Source: Octopus sinensis
Taxonomy: Eukaryota
Reading direction: 5' to 3'
DNA: 64,000 bases
Assembly: GCF_006345805.1 (NCBI RefSeq)
Contig: NC_043005.1
Coordinates: 90,086,001-90,150,000 of the forward strand
This document shows, piece by piece, positions 1 to 11,979 of this stretch. The notes beneath the pieces were generated by a model. That model had not been told where the DNA came from. It did not search any database and saw nothing but the letters and a program-made list of their open reading frames with translations. Numbering within the stretch: position 1 is the stretch's first letter; each line of letters begins with the position of its first letter. Position numbers and translations under genes: made by a program.

Positions 1-1125
1 CCCACTGTCTTCGGCGTTTGACATTTTTATAGAGAACTCATTTCTCGTCACCAGTCACTATTCGGTCGAAAAAAAGGTCATACAAAGAAGAGCATACATT
101 CACTCTCTGCGCGCGATTAGAATCGGAAAGTTTGTGTGGAACTCATTGACCCAATTTGCTGATTTTCCCGATGGCACACAGGTGTCGGTGAATGAATGTC
201 CAAATCCAAGTTTCTTTGCTATGAGTGGAAATCAAAAACTTATCCACACTTTCGCCATAACATATCTTTATTATTGCCACACTGCTTTCTGCACATGCAT
301 GCCTATAGTTGGTACTGTTGTGGTCACATGATCGAAGATTGATCCTGATCGCGCCATTTTTCTTTCTGGCTTTACAGTGTGAGTATGACCGCTTGACAAG
401 CAATATGCACCGAAAAGACCCCAAAGAGCAGTGAACCGATTTCTCTAGTCCAAAGGTGTGTCAAGTGCTGAAATTCATTGGCGGTTTTTAGCATAATACA
501 GAGACAGTGCACTACCGCGTAGAAGTGTGTATGAGTGGCCCGAGAAGCTTAAAAGTGATCAGAAAAGCGTGATGTACGAAGAGAGAACAGAACACCGTCA
601 ACCTCCACCACTGACGAGAAGATTCAGCTAGCACGAGAGATGGTGTTGCTGAAGCGGTTTACCATTACCATCTCTCGGATCACTAGTCTTTGTTCTTCTT
701 TGGTGCACATGCCTAGTAGAGCGGCCATGCTTACACTGTAAAACCAGAAAGAAAAATGGCGCTATAAGGATCAAACTTTGATCACGTGACCGCAAATAGT
801 ACCAACTATAAACCACGATGCGCAGAAGGCAGTATGACAATAACAAAAATGTTTTAGCGAAAGTGCAGATAAATTATGACTTCTCGTAGTTCCTCAACAG
901 TTACGATGGGATTTTGTTCCACCAAAGTTTGCAGGACGTCCTCGTCGAGCTCTACAGATCTCCCAGGGCGAAGCTCGTCTTCTAGGCTGTGGTTTCCGGG
1001 TAGGAATTTCCGGAACCATCGTTGACACTGGCTTACGCTTATTGTCCAATCCCCATATACAGCATTAATACTCTTCACCCTTTACGTTGCGTTGTTGCCT
1101 TTAGTGAACTCATAGATCAAAATAT
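1..1125 (-). mobile_element. Degraded mariner (Mos1-like) transposase remnant, split by a nested insertion at 222-886
   Basis: Joined halves read SQCQRWFRKF...EDELRPGRS...NPIVTVEEL|AKKLGFG...HRHLCAIGKISKLGQ*VPHKL...RIVTGDEK*VLY: HTH, WVPHEL-like and first catalytic Asp motifs, with stops. Confidence 0.9.
222..886. mobile_element. Fold-back non-autonomous mariner derivative with about 220-bp inverted arms and TA target duplication
   Basis: 222-445 is an imperfect reverse complement of about 670-886. TA at 220-221 and 887-888. Interior encodes decayed AEIH.RF...LPRRSVYEW...STSTTDEKIQ. Confidence 0.8.
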
Positions 1126-1139
1126 ACCATATATATATA

Positions 1140-1177
1140 TATTTGTATGTATGTATGTATGTATGTATGTATGTATG

Positions 1178-1240
<63 letters not shown>

Positions 1241-1245
1241 ACACA
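1140..1245. repeat. Microsatellites (TATG)n and (CA)n
   Basis: Direct inspection. Confidence 0.97.
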
Positions 1246-1761
1246 CTTATATACTTCTATATATACACTCATATATTTCAGTAAGATAACAGGGTAATGC
1301 TGTTCGTACGACTGGCGGAGTGCTAGATGACTAGACGTAAAATAAAATAAAGCAGGATAAGATACAATATAGAGGGGAAGTGAAATGAAATAACATAAAG
1401 GGAAACGATATAGAATATAAAAAAGGGAGCAGAGTAGAAGGAGGTTTAAGTTTCTGTAATTGGTTGAGGGGATATAAAGGATCACAGATATAAAGGGTCA
1501 CGGATTAAAGGATCACGGATATAAAGGCTTTAATGGTTCATGGATGATATAAAAGTTTTAAAAGTCTAAGGATGTATAAAAGGCTTGTGGACATAGAGGT
1601 AGATTTAAAAGTAGACAGGAGATAGGTAGGGAGATGGACAGACAGGTAGATAACTGGCTTCAGAGCTAGATAGACAGGCAGTAAGAGCAATCAATATATA
1701 TGTATATGTGTGGTGTGCGCGCGCGTGTGTGTTTGTGTGTGTGACTGTGCTGTATACATAC

Positions 1762-1764
<3 letters not shown>

Positions 1765-1845
<81 letters not shown>

Positions 1846-1875
1846 CATAGATAGATTGATAGATAGATAGATCGA
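1765..1875. repeat. Microsatellites (TA)n, (GA)n, (GATA)n
   Basis: Direct inspection. Confidence 0.97.
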
Positions 1876-1974
1876 TAGAGGAATTGGTAGGTGGGTGCAA
1901 AATAGCTTGGTTGGCAGATAGACAGATAGACATTTTAGCTTAGATGTGCGAAGTGACTTGCAAAATAACCTTAC

Positions 1975-2197
1975 CTGACTGGTGATTGAGGTGTGTGTGT
2001 TGGTTTTATCATACACCCAAGAGCTGCACTTCTGTGTCGTTCGATTTCCATTTTCTGTGGTATTGGAATATATCAAACATTTTTCATAAACCACCTCCCC
2101 TTCATCCTCACTCTTTGGAATATATTCGTTGATCAGTTCTTCATGGATTTCACTTTGGATTTTATACGTGTCATTGTTGTAACCAGGAATAGCACAC
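1975..2197 (-). CDS. SLC22 family second coding exon (large extracellular loop)
   Basis: attttcctag|G...CAG|gtaagg, 223 nt. (R)CAIPGYNNDTYKIQSEIH...CLIYSNTTE...CSSWVYDKTNTHTSITSQ has the SLC22 loop cysteines and WVYD motif; phase joins exon 1. Gene continues off the left edge. Confidence 0.92.
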
Positions 2198-3394
2198 CTA
2201 GGAAAATATACAAAATAGGTTTCTTTGATTTTTCATTTAAATTTAATTACATCTTCTGTAGCGTTACCCTTCCCCCACTTTTTACTTTCTTTTCCTTTTT
2301 CTGTTTCTTTGTATTCAAATGTTATAATTTAGACACAAGTTTGTTTATCTGGATAAGAAGCTTACTTCTCAACCATTTCGTCTTAGGTTCAGTCCCACTC
2401 AGCAGCACCTTGGGCAAGTGCTTTCTACTAGGGCCACATGGCTGACCAAAGCTTCGTGAGTGAATTTCATGAATGGAAACTGAAAGAAACCCATCATATA
2501 TGCGTGTATATATGTATGAGTGTGCGTGTGTGTATATTTATGTGTATGTATATATATTTGTACATATATGTGTATGTATATGTGTGTATATATATAAGAT
2601 AGATATATATACTTTTTATTTTTTAATTGGTTCAGTCATTAGAATGTGGCCATGCTGGGGCACAGCTTTGGAGAACTTTTAGTCAAATGAATGGACTCCA
2701 GGATTGATTTCATTTTAAATCAGGTACTTATTCTATTGGAGGTTTTTGCTGAATCATTAAGTTACGGGGACGTAAACACACCAACACCGGTTGACAAGTG
2801 GCGGTAGCGGTGGGGACAACCAGAGAAACAAAGAGCTCCCACATACATATACCTATAAATATATGTGTGTGTTTGTGAGTGCGTTTGTGCGTGTGTGTAA
2901 GTCGTCTAAGAGTCCATGAGTCAGGAAAATAATGCACTCGAATATCTATCAATAGAGTGGGTATATTAATCGAATTGTACAGTATTATATATCGATTATA
3001 GCGGATCTTAACAACAGTTTCACGCTAGGGTTTCAGTGGAGTGTTAAGTAACAATCCGATTATGTAATCTTGCGCTCATCAGAGGTAGCTGATATAGAAG
3101 AAATATGGTGACTGCTCTCTATTGTTGCGGCCTGTATGTTTGCATGCGGTGTGTGTAGGGTACAGCGTGTGTGCGAGTTTATATTGTTGGCGATGGAAAG
3201 CAGTCTATTGGGTAGGCCATGTTTGAGCGTGCGTGTTTGTTTGTGGGTGCGTTAGTGTATGTTTTGGTCAAACTCTCTGTCGGATTCCAGGTTATTGGTG
3301 GAGAGAGAGACGAAGATGGGGGACAGATGTTGGAGTCAAGATGGGGTACACATGTCTGATAGGATGTACTTTTCGTAGAGATGCAGCCAATACT

Positions 3395-4020
3395 TCACCT
3401 ATTATTAAAAGCACACAACCCAAGAAACACAGCGGTCTACAATATTATCCACCAGAGCATCCCACTTCTGAAACAACACCCAAGAATGAAACAAGACCCA
3501 TTCGAAATACACAAAATAATCAAAAGTAAAAGACAATCAGACTCCCTCAAAAAGTTCCTCACAAGTACTAAATTACCTTCCATAATTCCTACACCAATAG
3601 TTAAAAAGTGTGGCCGCCCAGCTGCGGGACCTGCTTCAACTGTATTGAAGACACAAAATACAGTTTCAAATCAGAACAGACTTTTACCGTAAAAAAATCA
3701 TTTTACATTTTCTTCGAGTTATTTAATATACGCTATCAAATGTTAAGAATGTAATGAAGATTACATAGGTCAAACAACGCTTATGCTAAGAAACAGACTC
3801 ACCATTCACCGACAACAAATACGAGACCCCAGTACTAGGCAGATTCCACTGAGTGGTCACATAGACATATGTGTAAAAAATATGCCCCCCCCCCCAAAAA
3901 AAAAAAAGAATTCCAGGTTTCCCACTCTACCTATGTTCGGCGAATACCACAAACGAAGCACAGATAAACAAAAAATACTTTCATACAAAAGTACAAACCA
4001 ATACTCAATAAACTATACCC
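3395..4020 (+). mobile_element. Penelope-like element 3' remnant (GIY-YIG endonuclease)
   Basis: THNPRNTAVYNII...IIKSKRQSDSLKKFLT, then LIYAIKC*ECNEDYIGQTTLMLRNRLTIHRQQI (IY...YIG motif), frameshifted. Confidence 0.8.
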
Positions 4021-4429
4021 CTTAAGGTGGTGTCCCAGCATGACTGCAGTCCATTGAATGGAACAAGTAAAAGATTAAAAGTAAAGAATAATCTTAAGAA
4101 TTACCATTACTCTTTTTTCTCTTTACGAGTTTCAGCTTGATAGATGTGGCCATGCTGGAGCACAGCTGTCGACTTTACTACACTTTCATTACTTGAAACC
4201 TTCTCCATATCTGGTATTTGGTGAATGAGGGATTTTTTGTTGATGCGAACAATATGAAAAACAAGGTGTACCTCCACTGTATTTGAACTCAGGATGTCAC
4301 AGAATGCATCTCTATTGGGTCAAACATGACACCCTTTTAAAAATAATAATACAACGGTTTTTATGAAACATTAAAACAATGACTTCATCCACAAATTAAA
4401 GAGAAGATCATAGAGAAAGCTGCTGCTGG

Positions 4430-4620
4430 TGCTGATGATATTCGTTGTCTTCGGCTATCCAGTACATTCCACATATTTCTAACCGGGCCAAGCTTTTTGC
4501 AACAGCTCTAACAAGCACTCTATTCCCATTTCCTCTATGTTCCTCTCAATATCTTTTCATACTCTCTCCAATGTCCCAACCACAATCTGTTTAATCTTCA
4601 TCTTTTTCTTCCTTCACAGT
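4430..4620 (-). mobile_element. Very old restriction-endonuclease retrotransposon 3' remnant
   Basis: Decayed KIKQIVVGTLERV...ELLQKA, similar to the IVVGALG...LQK end motif of R4-like elements. Short and weak. Confidence 0.35.
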
Positions 4621-5500
4621 CATATTTAAGAGGGTTGTGTACGTCAACTTAATCTCCCCCCACCTTTTTGTCTTTTCTTTCCTTAGTGAAGTAGTTATGG
4701 GTATTTTTGTTTGATAATTTAATTTTTTTACGCTTTTAATGTACTTTCGTTTCTTTTCTTCCTGTAAAAATATGTCAATAAAATTGCAATCCGTTGTTTA
4801 AAAGAAATGAAAATGAATGGCTTAAATTCAAATCCAGTAAAAGCAATGATAATACTTTCTCTATTACTGCTATGAAAATCCATTCACCCATAGAAATAAA
4901 ATGCATATAAAAGTGTCACAAAACATGCAGAGAATAATATAAAAACGAGACAGTGAAGACACTAGGCAATGAGTGTATGTGTACCAAGTGAGAAGTCATT
5001 GGTATGTCATAAATTAGCAATGTAGCAATAAATTCAAGAAATACTAAATACTAAATTTTATTTCCTCTAGAGTGGGGCAGAGTACTTATCACTTTAATCT
5101 TCTTCCAGATCTCACACCAAAGTTTCATGTACCCAACTGTACCTGGGTCCCTGACCAAATTAGCAAAATCCCCAATGTCCTTGGAGTCTGTTTCTATTTT
5201 AGTAATGTTACCATGGCAACTTATTGAAAACCTTATTGGCACTTGATCAAGCAAGTGTTTTATGATATTCTCTCGTCTTAATTTTTTTCTTCCGTGTATA
5301 TCGGGTATATAGGGTATATCTCATTGCTGAATTTGTAATTCACTTTGAAAAGCATGTTTTCATGTTGTCTTTACTGCTCAGCTATGTCCCCCCTTCACCT
5401 GTGAAACTTCATGCTGCTGTTATGGACCCCAAATCCTCAAAACGATTTCCTTATTTTCGGTCACTCTTGTAAAATGAATAATTGTCAATTTCCCACCATC

Positions 5501-5501
<1 letters not shown>

Positions 5502-5539
<38 letters not shown>

Positions 5540-5555
5540 TAATATATGATAATGA

Positions 5556-5587
<32 letters not shown>

Positions 5588-5660
5588 GATAATAATAATA
5601 AGAAGAAAAAAAGAAGAAGAAGAAGAAAGAAGAAGAAGAAGAAGAGAAAAGAAGAAGAAA

Positions 5661-5691
<31 letters not shown>

Positions 5692-5735
5692 AAGAAGAAG
5701 AAGAAGAAGAAGAAGAAGAAGAAGAAGAAGAAGAA
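5502..5735. repeat. Compound microsatellite (AAT)n-(AAG)n
   Basis: Direct inspection. Confidence 0.97.
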
Positions 5736-6335
5736 GGAATATATTCACAGACATGACAGAGTTGGAACCTACATACACTGGAAGCTATGCCAACATTATG
5801 GAATAACAACAGAAAAAAGATGGTATAGGCACACACCAGGAAAGGTCACAGAAAACGAGAAAGCAACCATACTCTGGGATATGCCGATACACACAGATAG
5901 AGAAATTAAGGCCAACAGACCAGATATAGTTGTCAGAGATCATGAAGGAAAAAAATGCTTTCTAATTGATGTATCAATACCGGCAGATGACAACGTGTCT
6001 CTAAAAGAAATGGAGAAACTCTCAAAATACAAAGACCTGGAAATAGAGGTAACTAGAATGTGGAATCTGAAAACAGAAACAATTCCTATCATAGTAGGTG
6101 CATTAGGCATGATAAAAAAATATTCAGACAAATACATAACAAAAACACCAGGACTTACAAACACATATAACATACAGAAAATTGCACTACTAGGCACTGC
6201 ACACATCCTACGCAGAACACTTTCCATACAATAACCATCAGAGAATCACAACAAATTACAGCACATACCCAAGGCACACAGAGCTGCGCTCGGTAGTGAT
6301 AGGGGAAAGCACGCTATAAAAACAAAACTACTGAA
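5736..6335 (+). mobile_element. R4/Dong-like non-LTR retrotransposon, 5'-truncated 3' end (family A)
   Basis: Restriction-like endonuclease RPDIVV...IDVSIP...KYKDL...IIVGALG...KIALLGTAHILRR. (TAA)n tail. Near-identical to 19781-20380. Confidence 0.88.
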
Positions 6336-6367
6336 TAATAATAATAATAATAAATAATAATAATAAT

Positions 6368-6805
6368 AGTTTATTAATTGACATGAGTATTCCCTGTGAT
6401 CACAATATAGCGGCGAAAGAATTTGACAAGATTAGTAAATATAAAGACCTGCTAATGGAAATTGAAAAAATGTGGCATCTCAAGGCGACTACAGTACCAG
6501 TGATTGTAGGATCTCTAGGAATGATAAAAAAAAGGCACTGAAACCTATTTGAAAATGATTCCAGGCTTACCATCCCTACAGGAAGTGCAAAAAATCGTAT
6601 TAACTGGAACGGCTCATGTACTGAGAAGAGTATTATCGCTGTGAAAATAACATCCATTCATGAATTTATTTATTTATTAATTTCTAAATACATGTGTTAT
6701 CTGTGAATTTGCGCGTGTAATCTGGGAATGCATACAATGCCCTTCTCTGTCCTAGGTGTATGGAAAACACTCGGCGAGAAACGGAAGAAAATTTGAAGAA
6801 AGAAG
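6368..6805 (+). mobile_element. R4/Dong-like 3' end (family B) inserted in the (TAA)n tail of the previous element
   Basis: LLIDMSIPCDHNIAAKEFDKISKYKDLLMEIEKMWHLK...KIVLTGTAHVLRRVLSL*. 3' UTR matches 30123-30560. (TAA)n on both sides. Confidence 0.85.
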
Positions 6806-6813
6806 GAAAAAAC

Positions 6814-6853
<40 letters not shown>

Positions 6854-6963
6854 CAACAACAACAACAACAACAATAATAATAATAATAACAACAACAACA
6901 ACAACAACAATAATAATAATAATAACAATTACAATAACAATAATAATAATAACAATAATAATA

Positions 6964-7002
<39 letters not shown>

Positions 7003-7133
7003 TAATAATAATACTACTACTACTAATAATAATAATAATAATAATAATAAAAATAATACTACTACTACTACTAATAATAATAATAATAACAATAACAATA
7101 ACAATAACAATAACAATAACAATAATAATAATA

Positions 7134-7167
<34 letters not shown>
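6806..7167. repeat. Compound microsatellite of about 360 bp, (AAT/AAC/ACT)n
   Basis: Direct inspection. Confidence 0.97.
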
Positions 7168-7169
<2 letters not shown>

Positions 7170-9400
7170 CTAGACCACCACAATCGACACGGGATGGCCT
7201 CCTCTAACGCCTGCACAGTTGTTACGCCAATATTTTTACTAAATATTGGGGACCTATTGAATCACAACAACAATAGCAAATTTCTTTTCCTGAGAGACCT
7301 TGCTGCATGCAATCAAGCCCTATGTATAGCACTTGTAGAAACTCATTTGAGCCCTGATTTAGAGAATGCAGAAGTACACGTACCAAAACATACCACACTG
7401 CGAACAGACAGAAGGGAAAGGAGCTATGGTGGGGTTGCTGTATACATCCGTGAAGATCTCACACCACAGGTCTTACTGTCACACTCAAATTCAGTATGTG
7501 ACAATCTAATTTTATACATAAAACAACATGATATAGTCATATGCAATACTTATCGCCCACCGGATGCTCCAAACCACATAGGCAAGTTTGAAGATTGCCT
7601 CACAAGAATTAAAGAAATCCTCATGAAACTGGAACACCATGTGAGCGTATTTCTTATGGATGATTTCAACTTCCCCAATGTCAAATGACCTGAAGGCCTC
7701 ATGCTCTCAGGAATGACTCATTGCAAACAAGCACAATGGAGCCCCTGCTAAACCTCACCAATGCCCTATTTATGCAACAAGTCGCACTCAGACCAACTAG
7801 GGCGAATAACATTCTGGATCTCTGCTTCACAAACAATATTGACATCGTTCATGATGTGAAAGCGACGCCGACATTAGTTTCGGATCACAACATAATAGAG
7901 CTGTCTATGTTTGGGCCGAAAGTAACCAGAGACATTCAGCCTAAAGGAAGCACGCGAAAACTCTCCAATCTGAACTTCCACAAAGCAGACTGGAAATCGA
8001 TCCGAAAAGATATCTTCAGACAGGACTGGCCGAAATGTTTCTCCACACCAGATGTTGGCATGAAACTAGAATATTTCATGTCTGTTATGCAAACCATATG
8101 CCAGAAATATATCCTAGAGCGCAAGGCCAACACAAAAAGGAACAAGATTCCAAGGGAAAAGATCTTCATGAGACGACGGACGAATGTTACAAATCACTTC
8201 AACCAACATTCCAAAAGTAGTGAAAGGTGTCACCTAAAAACAACACTGATGGAGATTGAAAAATGCCTGCAACAATCCTATGTGAGGGAGAGAGGGCGGA
8301 AAAAGAAGCCTGGGTTATAAAAAACATTAAGTCAAACCCAAAGGTCTTCTTTCATTATACCAAAGAAACAGCATCATTACTCTGAAAAATAGGACCCAAC
8401 TTCCAAAAGGATGTCTCCCTCACAGATAGTCCAACGAAGATCAGTGAGGTACTGAATGACCAGTTCTAAAGTGTCTTTACCATCCCGTTAGAACACAGAC
8501 AAGTGAACGAACCAATGGATTTCTTTGCTGTCTCATCTATAACCAGCGAGGCAGTTACGATGGATTATATCAACATTAGTGACGAAGATATAATACTAGC
8601 CATAAATGAGGTGGATCCAAACTCAACTGCTGGTTGAACAATCCTCCTCAAATCGTGTAAGCGTGCCCTGACGAAACCACTACAGATTCTCTTCCAGAAC
8701 TTTCTCACAAATGGCAGGCTGCCAAACAAACTGAAAGAGGGAATAATATGCCCAATCCATAAAGGAGGAAGCAGAGCAGATGCTGAAAACTAAAGGCCTC
8801 TCTCTGACTTCACACGTCACTAAAGTCATGGAATGGATAGTCAGAGGGAAACTAATCACATTCCTTGATAAAAACCATGTAGGAGCTACCTGACCCAGCT
8901 CTTACAGCACTATGACAGTTACTCAACAACTCAAATGCGGACGTAATATACCTTGCCTTTGCAAAAGTATTTGATAAAGTGGATCATGGTATGATATGCC
9001 ACAAGCCTCATGATCTCGGGATAGCTGGAAAACTTGGAGAGTGTTTACATGACTTTCTGGACGATAGAAGTCAGGCAGTAGTGGCCGATGGAGCCACATC
9101 AAAGAAAACACAAATAGTGAGTGATGTTCCACAGGGCGCTGTCTTGTGACAACTGCTTTTCATAGTGACCCTCTCAGATATGCCATCAGCTACCCGAATA
9201 GCCACCCTTGCCAGCCTACGCAGACGATATGAATGTCTCGCAGAAAATACTGAACCCCAGCGATGGTGCACACTTGCAACAGGAGTTGGACTCAATATAC
9301 AGATGGGCTGAGGACTATACTATGCAGCTTAATGCTGAAAAATTCCAAGCTACCAGCGTCCAAAACTGAATATAAAACGTGTACTTTGCAACAAATTTGC
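7168..9400 (+). mobile_element. Degraded CR1-group LINE ORF2 (APE endonuclease plus RT)
   Basis: ALVETHL...RTDR...GGVAVYI...YRPP...DFNFP; NILDLCFTN...SDHN; DVIYLAFAKVFDKVDHG; VPQG. Many stops and frameshifts. Confidence 0.88.
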
Positions 9401-9624
9401 TCAGAGGCAGTGTTTTCTCTCTCCTACTCATCTTTTCTTTTTCTAGTGAAGCAAGCAAAAGCTGATTAGGACTTGACCATAGAGGAATATGTCTGTCTTC
9501 AGCCCATTCAGTCCTCTCTACCTCACTACCCCTTTCCCTATGACCAACATACAGATAACTTCCTGCTCTTCACGGCTAAATGTAGGTGGAGGAGTGATCT
9601 TCACAATGGACTCAGCGGATAGTT

Positions 9625-9820
9625 GAATTAATTCTGGGATTATCCTGTCGCTTCCAGATTTATTTACATTGCTTGGAATTAATCCTGGGATTATCCTGTT
9701 GCTTCCAGATTTATTCACATTGCTTTGAATTAATAATGGGATTATCCCGTAGCTTCCAGATTTATTCACATTGCTTGGAATTAATCCTGGGACTATCCTT
9801 TAGCTTCCAGATTTATTCAG
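9625..9820. repeat. Minisatellite, 51-bp unit, about 4 copies
   Basis: GGGA(T/C)TATCC at 9636, 9687, 9738 and 9789. Confidence 0.92.
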
Positions 9821-10079
9821 CGGTCAAGTGAACCGGTCATCTCTTCAGCTAGACCATTCCTTTAGTGTTCTCTGTGCGTGCTCTCCCAGCACTCTGTGTG
9901 GAAGCTTTTAGCACAGTGTGTGCTCTGTCTAAAAGCTCTGCCTTAGGTGCTTGAAATGTGGTGCTTTATTAGCCTAAAATCGGTTCAGAGCGACCGCTCC
10001 AAAAGCTAGAATCTCTGCAGGTCAGCTCTCAGCGGCGTCCCGATTGGTAAGAATTTTTTTTATTCTAGCCAATCGTGAC

Positions 10080-11725
10080 ATTGGATGTAGTGACTAAATA
10101 TTTCTGCCACAATACTGACTGCAGGGAAAGACTCGCTGACAATCCAGAAAGAGGGATGACAAAGCGGAGAGACGCTTGACAGTACGACAGCGTAACGAAG
10201 GATCAAATGGGCTTGCAGACCGATCCGGGGTAAAATTGCAACGAAAAAACATGGGAAATCATGCCCCCATGATCCCGGACCCCGGGACAAAGAATGAGGA
10301 GCAGAAGAAAGGAGAGAGAAAAAAACTATCGTAGCTTTGTGAACAATAAAGGATCAAATAGGGACGGAAAAAACGAAATGGACTTGGACCGGAAAAGGAT
10401 AATGAGAAAGGAAACGGTATAGGAATGGTAGATGAGGAGTTCAGCTGCTGCGGAAAGGTGTTTGCTAAGTTACCTTGGGCTGAGAATCCACCAAGGGAAG
10501 GTGTGCCAGAAGAAAGTAATTCAACAACGCGGGTTGATAAACCATAAGACATGTGGCCAGAACCCCCGGAAAATAACCATAGCAAGGTTCATTCCACAGT
10601 TGAATTGGAACAGTCAAAAAGACTGATAGGTGTGAAGAGGACAAAGGTTAAGTGGCCGAAAGCAAATGATGCAGCGAGTTATAAAAAATTTGACGACGAG
10701 GTAGCAAGAATGGCCACCAAATTCAAAGGCGACGATGAACAAAAGCTCGAAAACCTGGCTAATACAATCTACCAGGAGGGAGAGAAAAGATTTGGACTGG
10801 AAACAACAGGGAAGGTAGAATCAACGGCAAAAAGCGGATCAACGAGGAGAGAAAGACGGATCGCAAAGATTCGAGAAGAGAAGAACCAGATGGAGGGGTG
10901 AAAAGGAGGAGGAAAGAGAAGGGCTAAAGCAGCTATATGAAGAGATAAAAAAGAGGCATCGAGATCTGCTAAGAAGACAAAGAATGAGGAGCAGAAGAAA
11001 GGAGAGAGAAAAAAACTATCGTAGCGTTGTGAACAATCCCTATCAATATGCGAAACATCTATTTACTGAAAGTAAAAGTGGAAAATTGGATTGCACGAGA
11101 GAAGAGCTCGAACAACATCTGAAAGAGACATACAGCGACTCTGACAGAAATGAAGTACTCCCAGAAATGCACGGACTGAAGAAACCACCTGAACCAAGGG
11201 TACCATTTGATTCGAGTGACATCAAACGGAAAGAAATGGATGAGTTCATAAGGAAAGCAAGAGCAAAAAGTGCACCAGGGAACAATGGAGTGAGCTACAA
11301 GGTATATAAATATTGCCTGAAATTACGCTTGCAGCTGTTTGCACTGATAAGAGAAATGTGGAAGAAGAAAGATGTAGCGGAGCGATGGTGTGTAGCCGAA
11401 GGTATCTATCTACCTAAAGAAAAAGAGGCAAAAACGTTAGGCCAATTTAAACCGATTTCACTACTAAATACTGACGGGAAAATCATGTTCGGAATAATTG
11501 CTAGACGAATCATAAGCATAACGGGTACGTTAATGAAGCGATTCAAAAAGCAGGAATCCCTGGAATCCCTAAGTGCATAGAACACGCATTTTCCATCTGG
11601 GAAGCCATCACCTGTGCAAAACAAATGAAGAAAAACCTGTATATTGTTTGGCTAGATCTTGCCAATGCTTATGGATCTGTTCCGCACGCAATAATAAAAA
11701 CAGCGATGGAAAGGTTTTTAACCCC
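10080..11725 (+). mobile_element. HERO-like restriction-endonuclease non-LTR retrotransposon fragment (N-terminal half of RT), frameshifted
   Basis: VKWPKAND, SAPGNNGVSYKVYKYC, WCVAEGIYLPKE, FKPISLLNTDGKIMF and WLDLANAYGSVPH are motifs recalled from HERO-clade RTs. Confidence 0.75.
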
Positions 11726-11836
11726 AAACAACAAAGGAAAAAATTGTTTCAAAGAATTTTTGTCTTGAAGCACCACCATTTCAACCACCCACCTGGAATA
11801 CATAATAATAATAAGAAATCATTATTATAAACTTAC

Positions 11837-11979
11837 CTGTAATTTAAGTCAGGTACAATAAATATCATGCTTCCAATTTGTAAACCATCCATAATGGTTG
11901 CAGAGAAAAGGAAAGCTAGCGTCAATTTCTGATAAAGTCCACATCCTCCAATTGTCCCAATCACTTCTTCGTAGTCCAT
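11837..11979 (-). CDS. SLC22 family (organic cation transporter-like) first coding exon
   Basis: ATG at 11979: MDYEEVIGTIGGCGLYQKLTLAFLFSATIMDGLQIGSMIFIVPDLNY+AG|gtaagt. Typical SLC22 N-terminus (G-x-x-G-x-YQ, TM1). Confidence 0.9.

Noticed and set aside
5420-5836. Homopolymer-rich ORFs here and at 1022-1485, 6697-7216, 22080-22427, 29000-29239 and 42570-42871
   Set aside because: Translations of microsatellites, which lack stops in some frames.
6756-7688. 310-aa ORF with poly-N/poly-I N-terminus
   Set aside because: Accidental in-frame join of a Dong-like 3' UTR, a trinucleotide microsatellite and a CR1-like endonuclease remnant.
9625-9820. CRISPR-like array (also considered for the 33-bp and 166-bp repeats)
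   Set aside because: Units are contiguous with no unique spacers, no cas genes are present, and the context is eukaryotic.
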